Assembly: GCA_031285625.1 (NCBI GenBank)
Contig: JAITVV010000092.1
Span: 128,001 to 192,000 of the forward strand
Source of the DNA: Prevotella sp.
Lineage (GTDB): Bacteria; Bacteroidota; Bacteroidia; Bacteroidales; Dysgonomonadaceae
Direction of reading: 5' to 3'
DNA length: 64,000 nucleotides
How positions within the stretch are numbered: position 1 is the first letter of the stretch; each line of letters opens with the position of its first letter. Under the pieces are notes generated by a model. It was not told the origin of the DNA. It ran no database searches and saw only the letters and a program-made list of their open reading frames with translations. A program made the position numbers and the translations under genes. Shown here piece by piece: positions 31,153 to 38,571 of this stretch.

Positions 31153-31848
31153 TCAACCTGCTCCATTTATACAATAAAGCAGGATTTTTCCCTCTTTATT
31201 CTTTCGTATATAATATATTTCAGAAAATTCGGTGATACTTTCTTTTGGGTCTCCACTGTTATAGCTCAAATGATAATTTGAAATATACTCTCCTTGGTAT
31301 TCCTCTCCGGTAAAGAGATGGATAGAGTGTATATAGCCATCGGATGTTTTTAGGGTCGGATTATATGCCTTGTCTTTTATTGCTTTATCAAAATCATATT
31401 TAACTAATAATTGTATAAACTCCTTATCAAAGATTTTACTTGCATTCTCAATAAAGTCCTCTCTATAGAATTTACCATCTTTGCTATTAGCTAGTGCCAC
31501 CTGTTCATCAGTATAATCCGGCGCATAAACTTTAAATCGAAAAACATCCCCAAATAAGGGATATTGTACCATGTCGGCCAGTTTATGATAATCTTTTTTT
31601 AAGAGGTTCTTTTTGAACTCTTTCCAAAAACTGATTTGTTCTTCAGCACTCATTATTTCTGTGGAAGTCATCTCCTTATAAGGATCGTCCTGAATATCTT
31701 TCCGTATAGTAGTTTCGGATATTATAGAATCAGTCAATGATACCACTGAGTCAATTTTTTCAACGGGAGCTGCTTTACTTGTATTGCTCGTACATGAAAA
31801 ACAAATCGCTGAAAATAGTATGAAAGAGAAATAAATCAGTTTGTTCAT
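31153..31848 (-). CDS. Hypothetical lipoprotein
   Basis: Lipobox CFSC. Confidence 0.65.
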   Translation of the reverse strand: MNKLIYFSFILFSAICFSCTSNTSKAAPVEKIDSVVSLTDSIISETTIRKDIQDDPYKEMTSTEIMSAEEQISFWKEFKKNLLKKDYHKLADMVQYPLFGDVFRFKVYAPDYTDEQVALANSKDGKFYREDFIENASKIFDKEFIQLLVKYDFDKAIKDKAYNPTLKTSDGYIHSIHLFTGEEYQGEYISNYHLSYNSGDPKESITEFSEIYYIRKNKEGKILLYCINGAG

Positions 31849-31881
31849 ATGTTTGTAAAGTATGTCTGTATAAAGATAGAT

Positions 31882-31918
31882 AAAATCAGAGCTGAAATAT
31901 TACATTTCAACTCTGATT
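31882..31918 (-). terminator. Probable terminator after rsr and the mini Y-RNA
   Basis: AATCAGAG(c)TGAAAT...ATTTCA(a)CTCTGATT hairpin followed by a U-rich tail on the minus strand. Confidence 0.6.
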
Positions 31919-31925
31919 ATTAAAA

Positions 31926-32007
31926 AAATCTTGTGAAGTAACTATCACAAAGAGGCTAGCAAATTTTAAGTCCGAAGGAACTCTATGCTACGACACTCAC
32001 AAGATTT
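31926..32007 (-). ncRNA. Mini Y-RNA-like stem directly after the Ro60 stop codon
   Basis: AAAUCUUGUGAGUGUCGUAGCAUAGAGUUCCUUCG...CUCUUUGUGAUAGUUACUUCACAAGAUUU; same motifs as the other units. Confidence 0.65.
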
Positions 32008-32012
32008 CTCAT

Positions 32013-33527
32013 TTATAGTTCTATTTTTCTTACTTCGTCCAAAGCGTTCCCACCATTATCTATAGCCGATATGATGTCAAATATTTTATCGGACCAACCA
32101 GCTATCAAATACACATCGTTCTGAGTGATATCCAATGGAGTGTTTCCATAACCGGACAAGTCGAACAGATATAGCTTACTGCTTGGTGATATCTTTTTAT
32201 ATTCATTCCATAGATCAGCTATTTTCTTGTCATTTTTGTTGTTCCACAATTGCAAATCAGTAAACATCATGACTTTATCCATCTGTTGTTTTCTCTTTAT
32301 CAGGTCTTCTATTACCAGATAACCGTTGGTTGCATAGCCTACTTCTCCTTCGCGGCGATAGAAAGCATCCACATTAGACAATATACCTTGTGTAGGTACA
32401 TTTATCACCTTCCACTTATCACCGAACATCCCGGTTATGGCATTTTCGCAGCGTGACTTCAATAGCATAGCCAGCATCAAACCTATATCATAACACAGTA
32501 TTTTACTTTTAGCAGATACCGGACGTTGCATAGAGCCTGATACGTCACATGCTATCAGTACACTGGTGTCAGCATCAAAACCTTTTATATTTTCAGCAGA
32601 TACAGCTACGGCTTTTTCCAATGCATCCAGTACACGGCTTGCATATGCAGACTTCACTTTAGATATTTCACGATACGCAGCCAGAAAACGGAATGGCAAT
32701 TGTTTTGAACGACGTACAGCTTCCGGTGAAGCCAACGCACTGCATACTTTTATGATATGCTCTTTCGAAACATTCGATTCCAGTATATTACGCAAGTTAC
32801 GCATCAATGCCATATAGCCTATTTTACCACTATCTATCAGTTCTTCCCATTTGATGCGGAATGCAGTTCCCTTTTCAGCTTCGGAATCAAATTTTATTTG
32901 ACCCAATGCAGAAAGTTCTGTTTCCCAAGTATATGGTGTTTCCAATGTATCATTTACTATCTTGTTGAACAAAGCCTGTTGGTCTTCATCCTTTGCCTTA
33001 GGGTGTACAAGAAATAGTGCATCACGAAGTTTTATTTCCGCATCACGATTATATTTTGCAAACTGATATTCATCAAACCGGTTGAATGCATTCTGCAATC
33101 CGGCTTGTAGCTGTTTCGACAGACGATTTAGTTTCTTTGTGTCTTGTCTTTCATTAGCAAGCTGGTAGTAGGCCAACAGTTCTGTTATCTCATCTGCACG
33201 CTGCACCACTTGCAATACCATTTTGCTTACAGTAGAGTCTCCTCTGTGTATTTTAGCCAACTCTACAGCCAATACCAATGGAATTGAACGCAGATTCATC
33301 TTCTGGCGTGTATATACAGCCAGCTGTGCTACAAATATCGGGTCACATCGTTTTATCAAACCACGCATTGTTTCAACTCGGGCTTGCGCGCTTTCGTAAA
33401 ACTTGTCACTCAATGCAGAGGTAACGGCAGCAGTATACAATTGCCACTCTGGTGATAGACGGTATGCTTGTGCTCCTTCATAATTTACCACCTTGTTTTT
33501 TCCTTTGTTTCTGAAATTGAATTTCAT
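32013..33527 (-). CDS. rsr: Ro60/TROVE-domain RNA-binding protein with vWA domain
   Basis: VNYEG, FYES, RADE, KYNR, TWETELS, MALMRNLRN, SKQLPFRFLAAY; MIDAS DVSGSM. Confidence 0.93.
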   Translation of the reverse strand: MKFNFRNKGKNKVVNYEGAQAYRLSPEWQLYTAAVTSALSDKFYESAQARVETMRGLIKRCDPIFVAQLAVYTRQKMNLRSIPLVLAVELAKIHRGDSTVSKMVLQVVQRADEITELLAYYQLANERQDTKKLNRLSKQLQAGLQNAFNRFDEYQFAKYNRDAEIKLRDALFLVHPKAKDEDQQALFNKIVNDTLETPYTWETELSALGQIKFDSEAEKGTAFRIKWEELIDSGKIGYMALMRNLRNILESNVSKEHIIKVCSALASPEAVRRSKQLPFRFLAAYREISKVKSAYASRVLDALEKAVAVSAENIKGFDADTSVLIACDVSGSMQRPVSAKSKILCYDIGLMLAMLLKSRCENAITGMFGDKWKVINVPTQGILSNVDAFYRREGEVGYATNGYLVIEDLIKRKQQMDKVMMFTDLQLWNNKNDKKIADLWNEYKKISPSSKLYLFDLSGYGNTPLDITQNDVYLIAGWSDKIFDIISAIDNGGNALDEVRKIEL

Positions 33528-33581
33528 CTCTTTTAATTTTTAATGTTAAGGTCTTAACGACACTCTAATTGTTTGACATTA

Positions 33582-33616
33582 CAAAGATTCAAAAACAAGT
33601 ACGCAGCTTTTTTGCG
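33582..33616 (-). promoter_or_regulatory. CGCA-N7-TGCG box and -7-like element upstream of rsr
   Basis: TACGCAGCTTTTTTGCGTA at 33600-33618; AATCTTTG on the minus strand at 33582-33589. Confidence 0.7.
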
Positions 33617-33904
33617 TAACAAAAACTTTCTTTTAAAACTTCTCATTTTTAACAATTATCATAAAAAAGTAACAAGTTACATCGATCTCCAATATTCAAT
33701 TAATTATTTGATTATTAAATATATGATTCTAACATCAAGCATAAAAAGTGACAAAAGTAACAGGTTTTGCCCATTTTTTATTGTAACCTTATTCTTTTAT
33801 CGATATGCTGACCTAATAAGATAAAGTTTTTAAACAATCTCAAATCTGGTAATTTCATACTGATTATAAAAATAATAAGTGTATTTTTGGCTAAAATTTA
33901 ACAA

Positions 33905-34816
33905 ATGTTTGAAAAGAAAATCAGTACGGCAATAGGCCGGTATTTCCCATTATTTATAGGATGGAGCCGATATATATTATATAAACATCCCGACTGGCTG
34001 CTTCGAAAGGATATTCTTAAATATTATGATTCCGTATCTCCATCAGAAATAAATGAAGAACAAGCGGAAGCAGTTTCTTACATTCGTAAAAAAGGGGCGC
34101 ATTATTTTCCCTATTCGTTTATTGAAAAGTATAATCCGGAAAAAATAAAAGTATATACAAATGAAAAATGTGGATTAAAGTATGTATTACATAATGAGAA
34201 ACGGCTCTATTTTGCAAGAGAAACATCAGCTTTTAATATTCAGAGGATATATACCAACCTTTTGTACGAGCAGGATCGTAAATCTGCACATTGCTACCAG
34301 ACTGAGACTTTTAGGATAGAAGAAGGAGACATCCTGTTTGATGTAGGTGCTGCAGAAGGTATATTTTCGTTAACAGTGATTGAGAAGGTAAAGAAAGTCT
34401 ATCTCTTCGAAGTAGAGGAGCGCTGGCTGGAAGCATTACGCGAAACTTTCAAGCCATGGCAGGATAAAGTGGAGATTATCTGCAAATATGTATCTGATAC
34501 GGATAGTGAGCAAACTGCCAAACTGGATACTGTTATAAAAAAGCTTAGTAATGAATCTTTATTTCTTAAACTGGATGTGGAAGGAGCCGAAAAATTAGTT
34601 ATCAAAGGAGCAAACGAGATATTAACTTCAGGAAATAATAAAATTAAAGCTGCCGTATGTACCTACCACAATCAAGATGATCATGAAGAACTATCGGCTA
34701 TCATGAAGGATTTAGGATATAGGGTAAGTACATCTCCCGGCTACATGCTTTTTAAGCAACAAAATCTGGCTCCGCCTTATCTGAGAAGGGGTTTAATTTA
34801 TTGTAGTAAAGAATAA
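33905..34816 (+). CDS. FkbM-family SAM methyltransferase
   Basis: FDVGAAEG, LKLDVEGAE and VCTYH motifs. Confidence 0.85.
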   Translation: MFEKKISTAIGRYFPLFIGWSRYILYKHPDWLLRKDILKYYDSVSPSEINEEQAEAVSYIRKKGAHYFPYSFIEKYNPEKIKVYTNEKCGLKYVLHNEKRLYFARETSAFNIQRIYTNLLYEQDRKSAHCYQTETFRIEEGDILFDVGAAEGIFSLTVIEKVKKVYLFEVEERWLEALRETFKPWQDKVEIICKYVSDTDSEQTAKLDTVIKKLSNESLFLKLDVEGAEKLVIKGANEILTSGNNKIKAAVCTYHNQDDHEELSAIMKDLGYRVSTSPGYMLFKQQNLAPPYLRRGLIYCSKE

Positions 34817-34845
34817 TCTTTACATTATCAGAGAAATAATAGAAG

Positions 34846-35904
34846 ATGACAATACAAGAAATAAAGGACAAAGGGCTATTACTATTTGAATGCATAAGTG
34901 GCAGTAAGGCATATGGTCTGGATACACCAACTTCTGATACAGACCTGAAAGGAGTATTTTATCTACCGAAAGACCAATTCTTCGGACTGGACTATATTAC
35001 TCAGATAAATAATGAGACCAACGATGAAGTATATTATGAGTTGGGGCGGTTTGTAGAATTGCTTTGTAAAAACAATCCTAACATACTCGAAATACTAGCT
35101 TCCCCTGAAGACCGTATATTATACAAGCATCCTATTATGGATAGCTTAAATATCGAACTGTTCTTATCCAAACTCTGTAAGGAAACTTTTGCGGGTTATG
35201 CTCATTCACAAATCAAAAAGGCCAGAGGCTACAAAAAGAAGATCGTAAACCCGATGGAAAAAGAGCGGAAGGATGTGCCCGACTTCTGTTATATTCTCGA
35301 AGGATATTCTTCTGTTCCGGTAAAAGAGTGGCTACAGGCGAAAGATTACCTTCAGGAAAGATGCGGACTGAGTTCTATACCTCATACTAAAGGAATGTAC
35401 GCCTTGTTTTATGACGAAGATGATAAATTCAGATATAAAGGAATAGTACATAATCCCGACGCCAATGAAGTTGCTTTATCTTCTATACAAAAAGGAGAGA
35501 AAGAAGTCGCCTATCTGTATTTTAATGTTGAAGCTTATTCTTTGTATTGTAAAGAGTACAAAGAATACTGGGATTGGGTTGCCAATCGCAATGAAATACG
35601 CTATCAGGGTAATCAGCAACATGGAAAAAATTATGATGCAAAGAACATCATGCACACTATCCGGCTGTTGCAGGTTGCCGAAGAAATATTGCGTGATGGG
35701 AAGCTAAATGTAAAGAGGCCTAATCGAGAACAATTGCTGAATATAAAAGCTGGAATGATGGAATATGATGAACTCTTGGTAATGGCGGACGACCTGATGC
35801 ACAGGATAGAGCAATATGTCGGTAAAAGCCACCTGCAAGATATTCCTGATAAGAATAAAATAGAGGAAATATTGATCGGGATGAGAGTGAAATTATATAA
35901 ATAG
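34846..35904 (+). CDS. Pol-beta-superfamily nucleotidyltransferase (RlaP/YcgL-like, RNA-repair associated)
   Basis: SGSKAYGLDTPTSDTDLKGV, NNPNILE, YDAKNIMHTIRLL. Confidence 0.85.
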   Translation: MTIQEIKDKGLLLFECISGSKAYGLDTPTSDTDLKGVFYLPKDQFFGLDYITQINNETNDEVYYELGRFVELLCKNNPNILEILASPEDRILYKHPIMDSLNIELFLSKLCKETFAGYAHSQIKKARGYKKKIVNPMEKERKDVPDFCYILEGYSSVPVKEWLQAKDYLQERCGLSSIPHTKGMYALFYDEDDKFRYKGIVHNPDANEVALSSIQKGEKEVAYLYFNVEAYSLYCKEYKEYWDWVANRNEIRYQGNQQHGKNYDAKNIMHTIRLLQVAEEILRDGKLNVKRPNREQLLNIKAGMMEYDELLVMADDLMHRIEQYVGKSHLQDIPDKNKIEEILIGMRVKLYK

Positions 35905-36335
35905 CTATAGATCAGAATAATATATCAGAATTCCTATCTAAAGTTGAAAATATTATTAAGTCTCTTGATGAACTTTCAGGTTTATCAGACAATTGCATTA
36001 AAGAATTCGACGGTACTGAATTTGATGGACAAAGCCAGTTAGCTGGTAAGTTGGATGACCTGTTCCTTATAGCTAGCCACGAAATGGCAACACAACTTGC
36101 TTTCGTAAAAGAAGATATTCTTATCCTTATAAAGTTCATAAAATTCAGAAAAGGATATCCCCAACTATCGGAAACAGAGCTCGAACAAATATTAGACACT
36201 GAGAATCTGGAACTTAAATTTAAAATGGAGATAAAACCTAAATTGAGAGACCATAGTATTCTTGAAATAAAGGAATTATGGAACAATACATTCAACAATA
36301 AATCATTCAAGAAGATAATAAACCGGTTCAAATAA
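35901..36335 (+). CDS. Hypothetical protein; frame open from an ATA at 35901
   Basis: Stop-free frame from ATA 35901 (overlapping the upstream TAG) to TAA 36335; the ORF track starts it late at TTG 36051. Confidence 0.45.
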   Translation: MAIDQNNISEFLSKVENIIKSLDELSGLSDNCIKEFDGTEFDGQSQLAGKLDDLFLIASHEMATQLAFVKEDILILIKFIKFRKGYPQLSETELEQILDTENLELKFKMEIKPKLRDHSILEIKELWNNTFNNKSFKKIINRFK

Positions 36336-36339
36336 AAAA

Positions 36340-36463
36340 TCAGGGTAATAAGGCGAAAAGGCTGATATAAACCGGCGCTTTACTTTAAGCTACGAAATCG
36401 ATAGGTCTTGCACCTATATAATCCGGATCCCAAATCGAAGAAATCCTCTTCTACGACACCTGA
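36340..36463 (-). ncRNA. Y-RNA-like unit 5 of array; degenerate permuted tRNA
   Basis: GUGUCGUAG 5' arm; T-arm AUAGG-UGCAAGA-CCUAU, short CGA/UCG acceptor-like hairpin, D-arm UAGCUUAAAGUAAAGC, CCGG/CCGG stem. Confidence 0.7.
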
Positions 36464-36473
36464 AATTATAAAA

Positions 36474-36611
36474 AACAGAAGTAACAAGCGAAAAGAGCGA
36501 GCGGGGCATGGCTTGCCGGAGTCGAACCGGATAGTCTCGCCGGATTTACGACCTCACTATTCCTCCCCTAAAATTGGTAGCCGAAGTATCTCTCTTCTAC
36601 GACATTCTGTT
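36474..36611 (-). ncRNA. Y-RNA-like unit 4 of array; T-arm plus an unrecognised stem module
   Basis: AACAGAA/UUCUGUU stem, AUGUCGUAG, GAUACUUCG; CCGG-UUCGACU-CCGG T-arm; AUAGU/ACUAU and GGGG/CCCC stems. Confidence 0.7.
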
Positions 36612-36621
36612 ATATTTAATC

Positions 36622-36745
36622 AACAAGGCAACAAACGAACAGAGACTATAATAGCTTGCTCTACCCACTGAGCTACACCCGAAGATGACAGGAATCGAAC
36701 CCGTGACCCAGTTAACCGAAGTAACTCTATTCTACGGCACTTGTT
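36622..36745 (-). ncRNA. yrlA: YrlA-type Y RNA (unit 3): circularly permuted tRNA mimic
   Basis: GUGCCGUAG arm, then GGUC-ACGGG-UUCGAUU-CCUGU (T-arm), CAUC-UUCG-GGUG (closed acceptor), UAGCUCAGUGGGUAGAGCA (D-arm). Confidence 0.85.
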
Positions 36746-36763
36746 TGTACTAATTCACAAATA

Positions 36764-36880
36764 AACAAGGTAACAAGCATAAAGAGCAAACTTTGTCCAA
36801 CCTCGGACGTTGCGGGAGTCGAACCCTTTTCATTAATTGGCGTTTAGCAAACGAAGTAACTCTTTACTACGACACTTGTT
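36764..36880 (-). ncRNA. Y-RNA-like unit 2 of array; T-loop hairpin plus two other hairpins
   Basis: AACAAGUGUCGUAGUAAAGAG/CUCUUUAUGCUUGUUACCUUGUU stem; GGG-UUCGACU-CCC; GUCCGA-GG-UUGGAC; CGUUU-GCU-AAACG. Confidence 0.7.
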
Positions 36881-36888
36881 ATATTATT

Positions 36889-37030
36889 TAAACAAGGCAA
36901 CAAACGAGAAAAGCCTTTTTGATCTGGTGTCCTATTTTACTAGACGACTACAACTTACATTGCTGGCTGTTTTTTCAACAGCGTTTCCAGAGTGGATTAC
37001 GAAGTATCTCTTCCCTACGGCACTTGTTTA
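36889..37030 (-). ncRNA. Y-RNA-like unit 1 of array; degenerate permuted tRNA
   Basis: GUGCCGUAG arm; CUGG/CCAG stem, GCUGU-UGAAAAA-ACAGC (T-arm geometry), CAGC/GUUG, UCGUCUAGUAAAAUAGGACA (D-arm-like). Confidence 0.7.
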
Positions 37031-37062
37031 TTTATTTCAATGATCTTTTCTTATTTATACTG

Positions 37063-37096
37063 CAAAGTAATAACCTTGATGTGCAATCTTTTTGCG
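37063..37096 (-). promoter_or_regulatory. Promoter of the Y-RNA array with a variant CGCA-N7-TGCG box
   Basis: TGCAATCTTTTTGCG at 37082-37096; TTACTTTG on the minus strand at 37063-37070. Confidence 0.6.
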
Positions 37097-37160
37097 CAAT
37101 GAAATATTTCTTGAAAAAAAGCTATTCTAACATATTGAAGATACTTACATCAAAACATTA

Positions 37161-38303
37161 TTATTTCCTATTGGGGTCATATACAGCAACAGCCACACGT
37201 GAATCAGCACAGCCATAATACAGATACCATTTTTCATTATGTAATACCAGACCTTCAATGAACACTGTTCCTGCAGGATATTGTCCACTCTTCTCAAAAT
37301 CAGCTTCCGGAATATAGAAAGGCTTATCAAGCTGCCCGATCACTTTTGTCGGATCTTGCAGGTCGAACAATACCTGTCCTGCACAATAGGAGTTCGCAGT
37401 ATATGCAGTATCACCTTCTGCTCCATCTGCATTTTTGCCATTATAAAGCAAAAGGATACCCTTGTCTGTCATTACAGCAGGTGGGCCACACTCTGTAAGA
37501 GAGCTATCAAACTTGCCCGGACGAGGCACTATCACTTTAAGGAAATCTCCGCTTTCTGTCAGTATTGGAGTCCAGTTGATCAAATCATCGGAAGTTGCAA
37601 CATTCACGAATTTTTCACCCCAATACATCCAGTATTTTCCATCAATTTTAGCAATTACCTGTTTTCCATCTACAATTTTAGTTATAATCGATGCCGACTT
37701 CGAAAAATCATCTTTAAAACGTCCGTCATAAGCTTTTGCAAATGCAGGCCCATGTTTTTCCCACTTTTGCAAGTCACGGGTAGTTGCTACAGCCAGGCGT
37801 GCCTGCTTTCTGTTCCATTGTGTATACAGCATCACATACATACCATCTTCAGTCATTGTAAGACGGGGATCTTCACAACCTCCCGGCCATTCCAGCTCTT
37901 TCTGACTATCATTGTCAGGATAAAATGCCGGAGTAGATTTTCGTTGAAAATGCAACCCATCTTCCGACCATGCATATCCAAGGCGGGAAGTACGGCCACC
38001 TATACCCTCTCCCGATTTATCCTCTGCACGATAAAGAACTACTACCTTTCCATCATAAATAGTTGCTGCAGGATTGAAGGTATCATTCGATTCCCAGTCG
38101 ACAGAATCTTTTCTCAACGGACAATAGAAACGGGTGGTAGCATCCGGTGAAATAATTGGATTTATCCCTTCCGGACGTTGAAAATCAGCCCATGCCCAAT
38201 CCGGAAATTCCGAACCTTTTTCAGTTGGTTTCTTTTCATTACAAGAAACGAGCATAGCAGCTGTTGCTAAAAACAAGCTTACTTTAAAAATACTTTTTTT
38301 CAT
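37161..38303 (-). CDS. GH130-family mannoside phosphorylase/hydrolase lipoprotein
   Basis: FNPAA, LYRAED, GGCEDPR, ECGPP, YYGCADS beta-propeller motifs; lipobox LVSC. Confidence 0.85.
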   Translation of the reverse strand: MKKSIFKVSLFLATAAMLVSCNEKKPTEKGSEFPDWAWADFQRPEGINPIISPDATTRFYCPLRKDSVDWESNDTFNPAATIYDGKVVVLYRAEDKSGEGIGGRTSRLGYAWSEDGLHFQRKSTPAFYPDNDSQKELEWPGGCEDPRLTMTEDGMYVMLYTQWNRKQARLAVATTRDLQKWEKHGPAFAKAYDGRFKDDFSKSASIITKIVDGKQVIAKIDGKYWMYWGEKFVNVATSDDLINWTPILTESGDFLKVIVPRPGKFDSSLTECGPPAVMTDKGILLLYNGKNADGAEGDTAYTANSYCAGQVLFDLQDPTKVIGQLDKPFYIPEADFEKSGQYPAGTVFIEGLVLHNEKWYLYYGCADSRVAVAVYDPNRK

Positions 38304-38571
38304 TGGTTATATATTAATTATTTATTTGCAATGTATTTTACTTGTCTATCAAAAAGTAACATTAACACAAAACATCTACTCATCTAATAATCAGGCAATA
38401 TACTATTAAAAGTGACAAAAGTAACACTTTTTTGTATGTTTTTATATTGTTACTTTATTGCTAGATAACACGCTTGTTATCTGTATTATATAGACAATAT
38501 TGAAAATATAAAGTAACAGCTTTATTGGTAAAGAGATCCTTCGTTCCTCTGGATGACAAAATCTTCATTAC

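Noticed and set aside
36547-36558. 16S rRNA decoding-site mimic (GUGAGGUCGUAA versus GUGAAGUCGUAA) in unit 4
   Set aside because: Only 12 nt, with the mismatch at a key adenine and no complementary h44 strand seen; it could be chance. Worth rechecking if homologs are found.
36622-36745. Ordinary tRNA gene (same for 58463-58613)
   Set aside because: The T-arm precedes the D-arm, the acceptor is closed by a loop and there is no anticodon loop; this is permuted YrlA topology.
36340-37030. CRISPR array interpretation of the repeat/variable alternation
   Set aside because: The repeats are degenerate and pair across each unit, the variable parts are structured and uneven in length, and no cas genes are present.
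37281-38150. Long antisense ORFs (also 13256-13780, 44516-45175, 61760-62323)
   Set aside because: Shadow frames opposite well-supported genes.
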